Positions 21,378 through 30,294 are shown, counted from the stretch's first letter. The stretch is DNA of 59,404 nt from an uncultured bacterium (GCA_964543655.1 CAZIZE010000031.1:1-59404); one strand, 5' to 3'. Numbers and translations: made by a program. The notes: generated by a model not told the origin, from the letters alone.

Positions 21378-21546
21378 AAGACCTTTGCGCACTATTAAAT
21401 TATACAAAACCAACCTGAAGCAAAAGATTTTTCGGGCTGAAGCCCTCAAAATGACAGCTTTTATGGTAAATAGGAGCACTTATAAAAATTACTGTTGGAT
21501 TTTACATTTGTTTTTGTATTATGCTATTTTTATTATGCAAAGAGTA
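21378..21546. mobile_element. Putative MITE, copy 2 (degenerate right end)
   Basis: Left end AGACCTTTGC (21379-21388); internal AGATTTTTC-GGGCTGAAGCCC-TCAAAATGAC; right end TGCTATTTTTATTATGCAAAG resembles copy 1's TGCTATTTTTTTATTTGCAAAGG. Confidence 0.5.
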
Positions 21547-21550
21547 ATGG

Positions 21551-22297
21551 TTAATCAATGAAACATACTACTTTTTCTCCTTCTATTTCAATAATTTTTA
21601 CATTGATATTGTAGATATTTTTTAATAAATCTGGGGTGATTATTTCACTATTGCCATAAGCAAAAATTTTATTATTTTTTAAAAACAAAAACTTATCCGA
21701 AAATTTTAGTGCAATATTAATATCATGCAAAACAGAAATTACTATAATTTTCATATTTTTTACAAGTTTTTTGATAATATTCATAACTTCATATTGGTTA
21801 TAAATATCAAGATGATTAACTGGCTCATCAAGTAAAAGTATTTTTGGATTTTGTGCTACTGCTCTTGCAATTAAAACCTTTTGAAGCTCACCACCACTTA
21901 GCTGGTTGGTATTGGATGAACTAATTTTTTGTAATTTAAAATTTTCTATAATTTTATTAACTAATTTTATATCATTTTTTGAAGGGAGAAAATTTATATA
22001 TGCTTTCCTTCCTAATAATATTGTATCAAATACAGTAACTAATTCTCCAGAATATTTTTGTGGTAAGTAGCCAATGTTTTTTGCAAGTTCTCTTTTATTT
22101 AATTTATCTTTACCATTAACAATAACTGTGCCTTTTGTTGGAGATAATATTTTAGCAATATTTTTCAATAAAGTTGTTTTTCCAGAACCATTTAAACCAA
22201 GTATTGAGAGAAATTCTCCTCTGTGAATTTGAAAATTTATATTTTCCAGAATTAATCTTTTTTTATATTTAAAATGCAGATTCTTTATTTCTAACAT
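21551..22297 (-). CDS. Metal-chelate/cobalamin ABC transporter ATPase (FecE/BtuD-like)
   Basis: GLNGSGKT, LSGGELQKV, LLLDEP, VLHD. ATG 22297 preferred. Confidence 0.92.
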   Translation of the reverse strand: MLEIKNLHFKYKKRLILENINFQIHRGEFLSILGLNGSGKTTLLKNIAKILSPTKGTVIVNGKDKLNKRELAKNIGYLPQKYSGELVTVFDTILLGRKAYINFLPSKNDIKLVNKIIENFKLQKISSSNTNQLSGGELQKVLIARAVAQNPKILLLDEPVNHLDIYNQYEVMNIIKKLVKNMKIIVISVLHDINIALKFSDKFLFLKNNKIFAYGNSEIITPDLLKNIYNINVKIIEIEGEKVVCFID

Positions 22298-22298
22298 T

Positions 22299-23294
22299 TT
22301 AACCCCTTTTGCTTTTAACCATAATATAGAGAAATAGAGGCACACCAGCAAAGGATGTTATGATTCCAACAGGTAAAACAATCGGTTTAATAATAATTCT
22401 TGATATAATATCTGCAAGTAACAGTAAAAACGCACCATTAATTGCTGATAAAGGAATTAAAAATCTATAATCACTACCTATTATTATTCTTATAAAATGA
22501 GGTGCTATCAGGCCAATGAAACCAATGATTCCAAGAAATGCAGTGCATACAGAAGATATTAATGATGCAAAAACAAGTGTAAAAACTGTCAGCAATTTTA
22601 CATTTACGCCAAGACTTTTTGCAACATCTTTACCCCATATAAATGCATTATAGTTCCATGAATTATAAAGGAAAAATATTAAAATAGGTACCAGAAATAG
22701 AATCATAATTGAAATATTTTCCCATGTTGCTTTTGAAAGATCACCAAACGTCCAAAATACAGCTGAGGCTACTTGAATATCATTTGCAAAATATTTTAAA
22801 AACATTATACCTGCATTAAAAAAAGCACCTAAGGCTACTCCTGATAGTATAATTGATTCAGAGGTAATTGAAGGTAGAGTTGCCAGAAAAAGAATAGCTA
22901 AAATAGCTATTAAAGAACCTGAAAAAGCTGACAAAACAAGTAGATATTTTATTTTAAAAAAATTTTTAAACACAACAATTGCAAGTGTTGCTCCAAATGC
23001 TGCTCCTTGGGATACTCCAAGGGTAAAAGGTGAAGCAAGGGGATTTTTTAAGATATTCTGTAAAACTGCTCCTGAAACTCCTATGGCAGCACCAGTAATT
23101 AGAGCACCTGCGGTTCTTGTTAACCTGATATTTAGTAGTATAAATTTTAATTTTTCATTTAATTTTCCTGTAACTAAATTATATAGTGATATTTGAAATT
23201 CACCTATTTTTAAAGAGATTACTATTGCTATACAGAGTAAAAAAAATAAAATAAATCCTATTAAAACTTTTTTTATAACAAGTTTGTTGTACAT
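22299..23294 (-). CDS. FecCD/BtuC-family ABC permease
   Basis: LQNILKNPLASPFTLGVSQGA, AKSLGVN, GIIGFIGLIAPH, LPVGIITS. Confidence 0.93.
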   Translation of the reverse strand: MYNKLVIKKVLIGFILFFLLCIAIVISLKIGEFQISLYNLVTGKLNEKLKFILLNIRLTRTAGALITGAAIGVSGAVLQNILKNPLASPFTLGVSQGAAFGATLAIVVFKNFFKIKYLLVLSAFSGSLIAILAILFLATLPSITSESIILSGVALGAFFNAGIMFLKYFANDIQVASAVFWTFGDLSKATWENISIMILFLVPILIFFLYNSWNYNAFIWGKDVAKSLGVNVKLLTVFTLVFASLISSVCTAFLGIIGFIGLIAPHFIRIIIGSDYRFLIPLSAINGAFLLLLADIISRIIIKPIVLPVGIITSFAGVPLFLYIMVKSKRG

Positions 23295-23296
23295 AA

Positions 23297-24055
23297 TTAA
23301 TCAAGTTTAAAAACAAGTAAAAGCTTTACAGTTATTCTGTGCATTTTTAGTTTTGCAGGTATTGGTGGCAGAGGTAATGCAGATTTAACAGCATTAATTG
23401 CAGCATTATCGAGAATTTTTGACCCAGATGTTTTTAAAATTTTTATTCCTTTTAAACTTCCATTTTGGTTTAATGTAAACTCAATCTCTGCTGCACCTTC
23501 TATACCCATTTTTCTTGCAATATCAGGATATATTTTATTTGCCTCTATTTTCTTTCTAATGTTCATAAGGTATATTTTTATTAAATCAATATTATTTCTA
23601 CCTGATTTTTTTGAATTACCATTAATATTCTTAAAATTTGATTTAGAATTTTTCTTTGTTAAATTTCCCTTTTTTACTCTTGATGTATAAGGTATATAAT
23701 GTAGAGGAATGTTAGAAGGAATATCTGATAAGTTATTTTCAACTATTTTGTTTTTAAAATTTGTTGGTTTTAGTTTAGGTATTTTAAAATTTTCTATATT
23801 TATATTTTTTACAGGTTTTATAGGCTCTATATTTTCATTTACATTTATAGTAGGAATTTCAGGTAAATTATTTAACCGGGTATCAGGTTGATAAGTTTGC
23901 AAATCAATAGTTATTTTATTATTATTGATTGAAAGTTGTGGCAACCTGATAAAAGGAATTCCTCTAATAAAAAATAGCAATATTAAGTGCAACAACAATG
24001 AGAAAAAAAATATATAGAAAATGCTATTATTTTTTGTCTTTTGTGGCAATAACAA
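23297..24055 (-). CDS. tonB: Energy transducer TonB
   Basis: N-terminal TM with SLLLH; C-terminal YPDIARKMGIEG...SGSKILDNAA. Confidence 0.88.
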   Translation of the reverse strand: MLLPQKTKNNSIFYIFFFSLLLHLILLFFIRGIPFIRLPQLSINNNKITIDLQTYQPDTRLNNLPEIPTINVNENIEPIKPVKNINIENFKIPKLKPTNFKNKIVENNLSDIPSNIPLHYIPYTSRVKKGNLTKKNSKSNFKNINGNSKKSGRNNIDLIKIYLMNIRKKIEANKIYPDIARKMGIEGAAEIEFTLNQNGSLKGIKILKTSGSKILDNAAINAVKSALPLPPIPAKLKMHRITVKLLLVFKLD

Positions 24056-24434
24056 GTTTTTTTGCTCCTAAAGATTTTGCAAGGTCAAGAATATTAACAG
24101 CAATTTCAACTTTGCTATCCTTATCTGCTTTTAAAATTACTATTTTGCTATCTGAATTATCTATAGCTTGTTTTAAAATCGCAGGTAATTTTTTTTGAGA
24201 AACAAAGTTCCCATGAAAATATATTCTGTTCTCTTTTGTTACATAAATTGTAATATTTTCATTGTGAACAACTGTTTTTGAAGAGGATTCTGGTAGCTTA
24301 ATTTTTATCCCCTCTTTTTCAATAAAATTACTTGTTAGCATGAAAAAAATTAGGAGAAGAAAGACAATATCTATTAAAGGAGTTAAATTTAAAAATTCTT
24401 TGTTATTATTTATTTTGCTCTTGATGTTAATCAT
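24027..24434 (-). CDS. exbD: Biopolymer transport protein ExbD
   Basis: NLTPLIDIVFLLLIFFM and ILKADK. Confidence 0.93.
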   Translation of the reverse strand: MINIKSKINNNKEFLNLTPLIDIVFLLLIFFMLTSNFIEKEGIKIKLPESSSKTVVHNENITIYVTKENRIYFHGNFVSQKKLPAILKQAIDNSDSKIVILKADKDSKVEIAVNILDLAKSLGAKKLVIATKDKK

Positions 24435-25074
24435 GGTGATGAAAATACCCCGCTTTCTCTAACGCTTCTATTAACTCATTACCAATATCATTCATTGAAC
24501 CAACTATTTTGTTTAATTTTGAGGTAAAAAAACTGTACGCAAGCATTGTAGGTATAGCAACAGCAAGCCCCATAGCTGTAGTTAACATTGCTTCCCATAT
24601 TCCACCTGCAAGTACCTGAGCATTAACTTTCCCACCAAATTGCTGTATTACCATAAAAGCTTTTATCATACCAAGAACTGTACCAAGCAGTCCTAATAGC
24701 GGTGATAGCTGTGCAATGGTTAAAAGTGCTGGTAAGTTTCTCTCCATTTCCCTAACTTCTCTTTCACCAACATAGTTAATGGATTTCTCTATTGCTTCTC
24801 TTGAACTGCTACAACAACCAGTAGGAACAATATGTTTTGTAACTATTTCATATACAACCTTTACCACAGGAGAGTTTGATTCTTTAAGCTGAGGTACTAT
24901 TTTGTTAATGGTTCCATCTTTTAATGATTCAATAATTTTAAAGAGTAATTCAGGATCTTTTAATGATATTTTTCTAAAGGCTATAAACCTTTCAATAATA
25001 AATGTAAGCGAAAATACAGAGCATAATAGAATCAAATAACCACATATTCCTGATTTTGCAATTAATTCATACAT
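24427..25074 (-). CDS. exbB: ExbB/MotA/TolQ proton channel
   Basis: SPLLGLLGTVLGMI and AGGIWEAMLTTAMGLAVAIP. ATG 25074 fits the AGGAG SD better than GTG 25080. Confidence 0.93.
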   Translation of the reverse strand: MYELIAKSGICGYLILLCSVFSLTFIIERFIAFRKISLKDPELLFKIIESLKDGTINKIVPQLKESNSPVVKVVYEIVTKHIVPTGCCSSSREAIEKSINYVGEREVREMERNLPALLTIAQLSPLLGLLGTVLGMIKAFMVIQQFGGKVNAQVLAGGIWEAMLTTAMGLAVAIPTMLAYSFFTSKLNKIVGSMNDIGNELIEALEKAGYFHHHD

Positions 25075-25147
25075 TTCCACTCCTTTTGTGTATAGTTAAA
25101 CTAAAATGATGTTATAAAATTATTTTTAACTCTAATTCAAACATTAT

Positions 25148-26272
25148 TTACTCTTCTATATCAATTTTCCCATCGAAATTTAAATCAAGTTCTTTTTTAT
25201 ATAATTTTCCATTTTTGTAATATTCCCACTGATCAACTTTATTGTCAAAATTATTATCTTTTTCAATTCTTATTAATTTACCATTTTTATAAAATGCAAA
25301 AAAATCATATTTTTCATCACTATTACTATCTTCTTTAAATTCATACAGTTTATTGTTCTTATACATCCAAACCTGTTCTGGGAAATTATCTTCATTTTTA
25401 TCAAAATAGATTGTTTTATTCCCATTTTTGAATATTATCTTTTTTTCAAAAATATTATTACAATTTTTACTAATATAAATATTTTTACCTATTTCAACTT
25501 TTTTTGGATATTTACAATTTTGAGAAAAAATTGCTTTTTTCACAATTTTACCACTTTTGTTGAAATACAATTTTAAATTAAAGAATCCATTATAATTTGA
25601 ATCAACTTTTTCAAAACTCTTTTTTCCATTTTTATAAAAAATAATTCTGTCAAAATGGCCATCAAGATTTGAATCTATTTTTTCCATGCTTTTCTTTCCA
25701 TTTTTTTCAAAAAAAATAATGGTAAAAATTTTATTATTTTTATGAATAATTACTTTACTTATATTACCATTTTTGTAAATAAAAGTTTGATTTCCTTTGA
25801 GAATTTTAACAATATTTTTAGGAAGATAAAGAGTGATTTGATTTTTCTCCACCTGTTTTACAACTTTTCCATTTTTATCAAAAAAGATAAATTTATCAAA
25901 ATTATTGTCATAGTTACTATCTATTTTTTCTTCAAAAATTTTACCATTCCTGAAAACCATTTCATTGTCAATTTTGCCATCTTTATTTTTATCTTTTTCA
26001 ATTTTTACTATTTTACCATTTTTTAAATAAATTGTAGTTTCAAAATATTTATCAAAATTTTTGTCCTCTTTAATTTCATAAATTTTACCATCTTTTAAAA
26101 ATTTAATAATATCAGCCTTAGTATCACCATTTCTATCTTCCATTAACTTTACAAGCTCTCCTTTTGGATTATAAAATGCTGTAAACTTACCCTTTTTTAA
26201 AATATTATACTTTGCATTTAAATTTAAACAGGGTAAAAACAATAAAAGTATTGTTATTTTAACAATTTTCAT
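25148..26272 (-). CDS. Exported Lys-rich repeat protein with ~11 DxNxDGxxD-type repeats
   Basis: Signal peptide MKIVKITILLLFLPCLNLNA; recurring ~23-aa units such as DKNKDGKID, DSNLDGHFD, DLNFDGKID; GGAG SD at 26283-26286. Confidence 0.75.
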   Translation of the reverse strand: MKIVKITILLLFLPCLNLNAKYNILKKGKFTAFYNPKGELVKLMEDRNGDTKADIIKFLKDGKIYEIKEDKNFDKYFETTIYLKNGKIVKIEKDKNKDGKIDNEMVFRNGKIFEEKIDSNYDNNFDKFIFFDKNGKVVKQVEKNQITLYLPKNIVKILKGNQTFIYKNGNISKVIIHKNNKIFTIIFFEKNGKKSMEKIDSNLDGHFDRIIFYKNGKKSFEKVDSNYNGFFNLKLYFNKSGKIVKKAIFSQNCKYPKKVEIGKNIYISKNCNNIFEKKIIFKNGNKTIYFDKNEDNFPEQVWMYKNNKLYEFKEDSNSDEKYDFFAFYKNGKLIRIEKDNNFDNKVDQWEYYKNGKLYKKELDLNFDGKIDIEE

Positions 26273-26290
26273 CAATACATCACTCCATAT

Positions 26291-26352
26291 AAAAAAAGCC
26301 ACAAAGGTATCATGAGAACCTTCATGGCTAAAAACTTATTTCATATAAGTTT
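26291..26352 (-). promoter_or_regulatory. Candidate transcription attenuator: tandem AUGAA-loop hairpins plus overlapping intrinsic terminator
   Basis: Minus-strand RNA: P1 AAACUUAU-AUGAA-AUAAGUUU (26332-26352); P2 AGCC-AUGAA-GGUU (26317-26329); terminator AGCCAUGAAGGU/ACCUUUGUGGCU (12 bp) plus U-tract (26291-26329). Confidence 0.6.
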
Positions 26353-26356
26353 CTTT

Positions 26357-26385
26357 TTTTTAACATAAAAGAATTTTTACGTCAA
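26357..26385 (-). promoter_or_regulatory. Sigma70-type promoter for the attenuated leader
   Basis: TTGACG-17 bp-TAAAAA with an extended -10 TG; predicted start near 26350-26352, at the beginning of P1. Confidence 0.5.
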
Positions 26386-26429
26386 TTTTTTTATTATACT
26401 TGAATTTTTTTTTCTCTCAGTATAAGATT

Positions 26430-26506
26430 AGTTAATAGTTACCAGTTACCAGTTACCAGTTATCAGTTAATAGTTGAAAGTTATTAGTTCAAAGTGGATA
26501 GTTAGG
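26430..26506 (+). repeat. Heptamer tandem array (AGTTnnn)x11
   Basis: agttaat agttacc agttacc agttacc agttatc agttaat agttgaa agttatt agttcaa agtggat agttagg; the last unit merges into the lpxH SD (AGGAG). Confidence 0.9.
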
Positions 26507-26511
26507 AGATT

Positions 26512-27207
26512 ATGGATACTATTGTAATATCAGATATTCATCTAAGATTTAATGATAGCAGAGAAAAATGTATTCTAAATTTTTTTGATACTATTGCAAT
26601 CAACTTTAAAAGAATTATAATTTTAGGTGATTTTTTTGAATTCTGGTATGGTTTTCCAGAGGTTGTTATTTCAGAATACTTTCCAATACTCAATAAATTT
26701 TATGAATTAAAAGAGAAAAATATAGAGATTATTTATATAGAAGGAAATCATGACTTTAATATGGGTAACTTTTTTACAGAATTTTTAAATATAAAAGTTT
26801 TTACAGAATATTTTGAAACAGAGATTAATAGTAAAAAATTTCTTTTTATGCATGGTGATACTATTAATATTGCCAATGATAGATTTTACTTTTATCTTAG
26901 AAAATTTTTGCGCTCAGGTTTTGCAAAATTTTTAATGAATAATCTACCACCATACTCTATTTTGAAAATTGCAAACTATTTTTCAAATAAAAGTAGAGAA
27001 TATCTTTTTAAAGAGTTTAATTTAAGAAAAATTATAGATGATTTTCAATTAAAAAACCAGTATGATTTTATCATTGCGGGCCATTTCCATAATAATTTTC
27101 AATATGAAAATGTGTACATATTAGGCGACTGGCGCAATGAATTTAACTATATGACCATTGATAGTAATGGTCATATTGAATATAATACAAAAAAATTTAA
27201 TAGCTAA
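26512..27207 (+). CDS. lpxH: UDP-2,3-diacylglucosamine diphosphatase (LpxH-like metallophosphoesterase)
   Basis: ISDIHL, LGDFFEFW, EGNHDF, HGD, GHFH, LGDW. Confidence 0.85.
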   Translation: MDTIVISDIHLRFNDSREKCILNFFDTIAINFKRIIILGDFFEFWYGFPEVVISEYFPILNKFYELKEKNIEIIYIEGNHDFNMGNFFTEFLNIKVFTEYFETEINSKKFLFMHGDTINIANDRFYFYLRKFLRSGFAKFLMNNLPPYSILKIANYFSNKSREYLFKEFNLRKIIDDFQLKNQYDFIIAGHFHNNFQYENVYILGDWRNEFNYMTIDSNGHIEYNTKKFNS

Positions 27208-27310
27208 ATTATTGTAAAACTTCTATTAATTGCCTATTTAAGTTTTTATTTAGTAAAAAATGATTAATATATTATAGAACAAATAATTTCTCCTTACTTT
27301 TCAAAATAAT

Positions 27311-28024
27311 TTAATTATTAACAGCTTTAATATCTGTAATATTAATTTCATCACCATTTACTTTTATTAATGCTTCATTTTTATCTTTGTCAAAACTAAT
27401 GTTATCTACAGTTCCCTGTCCATATGGGGTATAAGAAATATTTTCTCCATCATTATCATACGCAACAACCTCATAATGATAAACACCTTTTGTCATTTTA
27501 TTTCCAAGTTTGTCAATGCCGTCCCATTCTACGCTGTTATCGCCTTTTTCAGGATTTTCAACTTTTAATGTTCTTACATAATTATCCTTGTCGTCATAAA
27601 TATTTACATTTACGCTTCTTGCTGAATCTTTTAAATTAAATTTTATATTTACCTTACTATCTTTCTCAGGATCATATTCAAATTTATCACCGGTATATTC
27701 AATATTTTTACCAAGCAGGTTTAATCCCTGAAAATATGAATTCAATGACATGGCACCGAGAAATTTGTCAAAATTTTTATTAATATTAACTAATTGTTCA
27801 AGAGAAGAATATTGTGCAAGCTGAGCAGCAACTTCATAATCTTCCATTGGATTTAAAGGATCTTGATTTTTTAACTGCTCCACAAATAACTTTAAAAAAT
27901 CATCTTTTCCCATCCCATCACTTGTTAATGATGAAAGCTCATCAGATGTTTTGTCATTTTTTTTAGTGGAATCTGTTTGTTGAACATTCTGTGTATTATC
28001 AACTGCAAAAGTATTAGTTATCAT
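27311..28024 (-). CDS. flgD: Flagellar hook capping protein
   Basis: MGKDDFLKLFVEQLKNQDPLNPM...AQLAQYSSLEQL; Ig domain WDG.D..G. Confidence 0.95.
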   Translation of the reverse strand: MITNTFAVDNTQNVQQTDSTKKNDKTSDELSSLTSDGMGKDDFLKLFVEQLKNQDPLNPMEDYEVAAQLAQYSSLEQLVNINKNFDKFLGAMSLNSYFQGLNLLGKNIEYTGDKFEYDPEKDSKVNIKFNLKDSARSVNVNIYDDKDNYVRTLKVENPEKGDNSVEWDGIDKLGNKMTKGVYHYEVVAYDNDGENISYTPYGQGTVDNISFDKDKNEALIKVNGDEINITDIKAVNN

Positions 28025-28061
28025 TTTTACCTCCGCAAAATTTTCCTCAAATTTATTTATC

Positions 28062-28076
28062 GCAATATTTATACCA
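28062..28076 (-). promoter_or_regulatory. Sigma54 (-24/-12) promoter upstream of flgD
   Basis: Minus strand TGGTAT-AAATA-TTGC, exact GG-N10-GC spacing, ~40 bp upstream of the flgD start. Confidence 0.7.
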
Positions 28077-28078
28077 TA

Positions 28079-28762
28079 CTATATTATATTTTCCTTTTTA
28101 AAAGAAAAATAATTATCACCTGCAATGATTACATGGTCATGAACTGTAATACCAAGTGGAGCAGCTATTTTTACTATTTCCCTGGTAATGTTCATATCTT
28201 CTCTGGATGGAGTTGCATTGCCAGATGGATGGTTATGAATAAGTATAAGTGCTGTTGCTTTTATTTTAAATGCTTTTTCAAATAATTTTCTAAAATAAAT
28301 GTAGGTCTCATTAACAGTACCCTGTTCCAATATTTCAAATTTTAAAACCTCATTTTTAGAATTTAAAAATAAACAGCAAAATTGCTCAAAATTAACATCC
28401 CACAGAATATTTTTTGAGAATTTTATAACATCATCTAATGATTTAATACATTTTTTGTTTTCAATTATTGCATTTTTTTCTATTATTTTATGAAAATCTT
28501 TTATTAATGAAAAAAGTATATAAGATTTTTCCCCTAATCCTTTAATCGATGAAAATTCTTCTAAGTTAAGATGTGCTAATATATTTTTAATTGAGCCAAA
28601 CTTCTGTAATAATTCCTTTGCAACAGGTTTTGTATCTTTTACTGGTATTGAGTAAAAAAGAATTAGCTCCAAGATTTCATAATCATTAAGGGATTCAATG
28701 CCTTTTTCTAAATATTTTTTTCTTAATCTTTCTCTGTGACCATGGAAATGCTGTTTTTTCAT
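28079..28762 (-). CDS. radC: RadC/JAB-domain protein
   Basis: GHRERLR, YEILELIL, HNHPSG..PS.ED, HDHVII. Confidence 0.93.
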   Translation of the reverse strand: MKKQHFHGHRERLRKKYLEKGIESLNDYEILELILFYSIPVKDTKPVAKELLQKFGSIKNILAHLNLEEFSSIKGLGEKSYILFSLIKDFHKIIEKNAIIENKKCIKSLDDVIKFSKNILWDVNFEQFCCLFLNSKNEVLKFEILEQGTVNETYIYFRKLFEKAFKIKATALILIHNHPSGNATPSREDMNITREIVKIAAPLGITVHDHVIIAGDNYFSFKKENII

Positions 28763-29394
28763 TTCATATTTAAAATTTTATGAAGTTGTATTGTTAGCCT
28801 AACATCAACATTAGTTGATAAAATCCATTCTCCTAAAATTTTAGCATTTAATTTATTCCAAACAGGAGAAAAATGGATATTTCTAACCTGTTGCTCTAAT
28901 TTATATTTTTTTACCACATCTATACTCCATTTAAAATCTTCTTCACAACCAATAACAAATTTAACTTCATCATTCTCTGTTAAATAATGAATGTTTTTAA
29001 AATTATTTTTTTGGCACATTCCACTTGAAGGGGTCTTAAAGTCAACTATCTTCACAACACTATAATCAACCTTATCCAATAGAATAGAGCCATTAGTTTC
29101 AATAAAAACTTCTTTTTTCATATTTAAAATTTGCTCTATTAAGTTATAAACATTGTTCTGCAATAGCGGCTCACCACCAGTAACTAACACTCTCCTAATT
29201 TTATAACTTTCAATTTTATTTAAAATTTTTTCAATTTCAATTTCAGGAAAATTATTTTCTTCCTGTGCATATTTTGTGTCACAATAACTGCATCTCAGAT
29301 TACAGCCTGCTAATCTAATAAACAAAAAGGGGAATCCTGCAAATGAAGATTCCCCTTGAATAGACTTGAAAATTTCAACTATTCTTAAATTCAT
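28759..29394 (-). CDS. queE: 7-carboxy-7-deazaguanine synthase (radical SAM)
   Basis: EIFKSIQGE, FIRLAGCNLRCSYCDT, TGGEPLLQ, IETNGS, QLHK. Confidence 0.92.
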   Translation of the reverse strand: MNLRIVEIFKSIQGESSFAGFPFLFIRLAGCNLRCSYCDTKYAQEENNFPEIEIEKILNKIESYKIRRVLVTGGEPLLQNNVYNLIEQILNMKKEVFIETNGSILLDKVDYSVVKIVDFKTPSSGMCQKNNFKNIHYLTENDEVKFVIGCEEDFKWSIDVVKKYKLEQQVRNIHFSPVWNKLNAKILGEWILSTNVDVRLTIQLHKILNMK

Positions 29395-30278
29395 TTTTTC
29401 TTTTTCTTATCAAGTAGCAAAAGTATTGGACTGGCTATGTAAATGGATGAATATGTACCTACAATTATTCCTATTAACAATGCAAGTGCAAAATCATGGA
29501 TAACACCACCACCAAACAGAAATAGTGCAAGCACAACAAATAGAGTGGTTCCTGAGGTAAGAATTGTCCTGCTTAATGTCTCATTAATACTCCTATTGAT
29601 TATATTTGCAAAAAGACCTTTTACATATTTTTTCATATTTTCCCTAATTCTGTCATAAACAATAATTGTGTCATTAAGAGAGTAACCAACAAGAGTAAGA
29701 AAAGCTGCAAGCACAGTAAGATCAATTTCTTTATTTAATATTGAAAACATACCTAATGTAATTAAAACATCATGAACAAGTGCTATAATTGCCCCAACAG
29801 CAAACCTAAATTCAAATCTAACTGAAATATAAATTAAAATACCAATAAGAGCTACAATAACAGCAAGCAATCCTTTTTTACGTAAATCCTTTCCTATTTT
29901 AGGACCAACCATTTCAATTCTTCTTATCTCATAACTTCCTTTGCCAAAATTTTTAATTAATTTCTCTTTAATATCTTTGGAAAGAGCTTCTGTATCTGCA
30001 GAAGATTGGGCAAACCTTAACAAAAACTCATTACCAGAATCTCCAAAACTTTGCACAGAAACATCTTTGCCCATTACTTTTCTAAGCTGACCAATTTGAA
30101 TAGGTTTTTTAAATTTTATTTGTACAATTGTACCACCGGCAAAATCAACACCATATTTGGGGCCTCCCTTTATTATAAGAGAAATGATTCCTGCAAGTAT
30201 CAATAAAATGGAAATTGTTATAAATATCTTCCTTTTTCCTACAAAATCTATATTGATTCCTGGTTTAATAAATTCCAT
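29391..30278 (-). CDS. secF: Protein translocase subunit SecF
   Basis: GVDFAGG, VGPKIG, GYSLNDTIIVYDRIRE, GTYSSIYIA. Confidence 0.97.
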   Translation of the reverse strand: MEFIKPGINIDFVGKRKIFITISILLILAGIISLIIKGGPKYGVDFAGGTIVQIKFKKPIQIGQLRKVMGKDVSVQSFGDSGNEFLLRFAQSSADTEALSKDIKEKLIKNFGKGSYEIRRIEMVGPKIGKDLRKKGLLAVIVALIGILIYISVRFEFRFAVGAIIALVHDVLITLGMFSILNKEIDLTVLAAFLTLVGYSLNDTIIVYDRIRENMKKYVKGLFANIINRSINETLSRTILTSGTTLFVVLALFLFGGGVIHDFALALLIGIIVGTYSSIYIASPILLLLDKKKKK

Positions 30279-30294
30279 TTAAAAAGCTCCTCCA

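Noticed and set aside
26317-26352. Canonical ANTAR dual-hairpin motif
   Set aside because: The loops fold best as 5-nt AUGAA rather than A1/G4 hexaloops, so it is reported only as ANTAR-like in layout.
26280-26430. Cobalamin or NiCo riboswitch upstream of the tonB/fecCD operon
   Set aside because: No B12-box or other aptamer core is visible, and only ~60 nt separate the promoter from the terminator end.
28079-28762. radC as a marker of an integrated mobile element
   Set aside because: It is the full-length chromosomal type, coupled to queE and secF, with no integrase or att site nearby.
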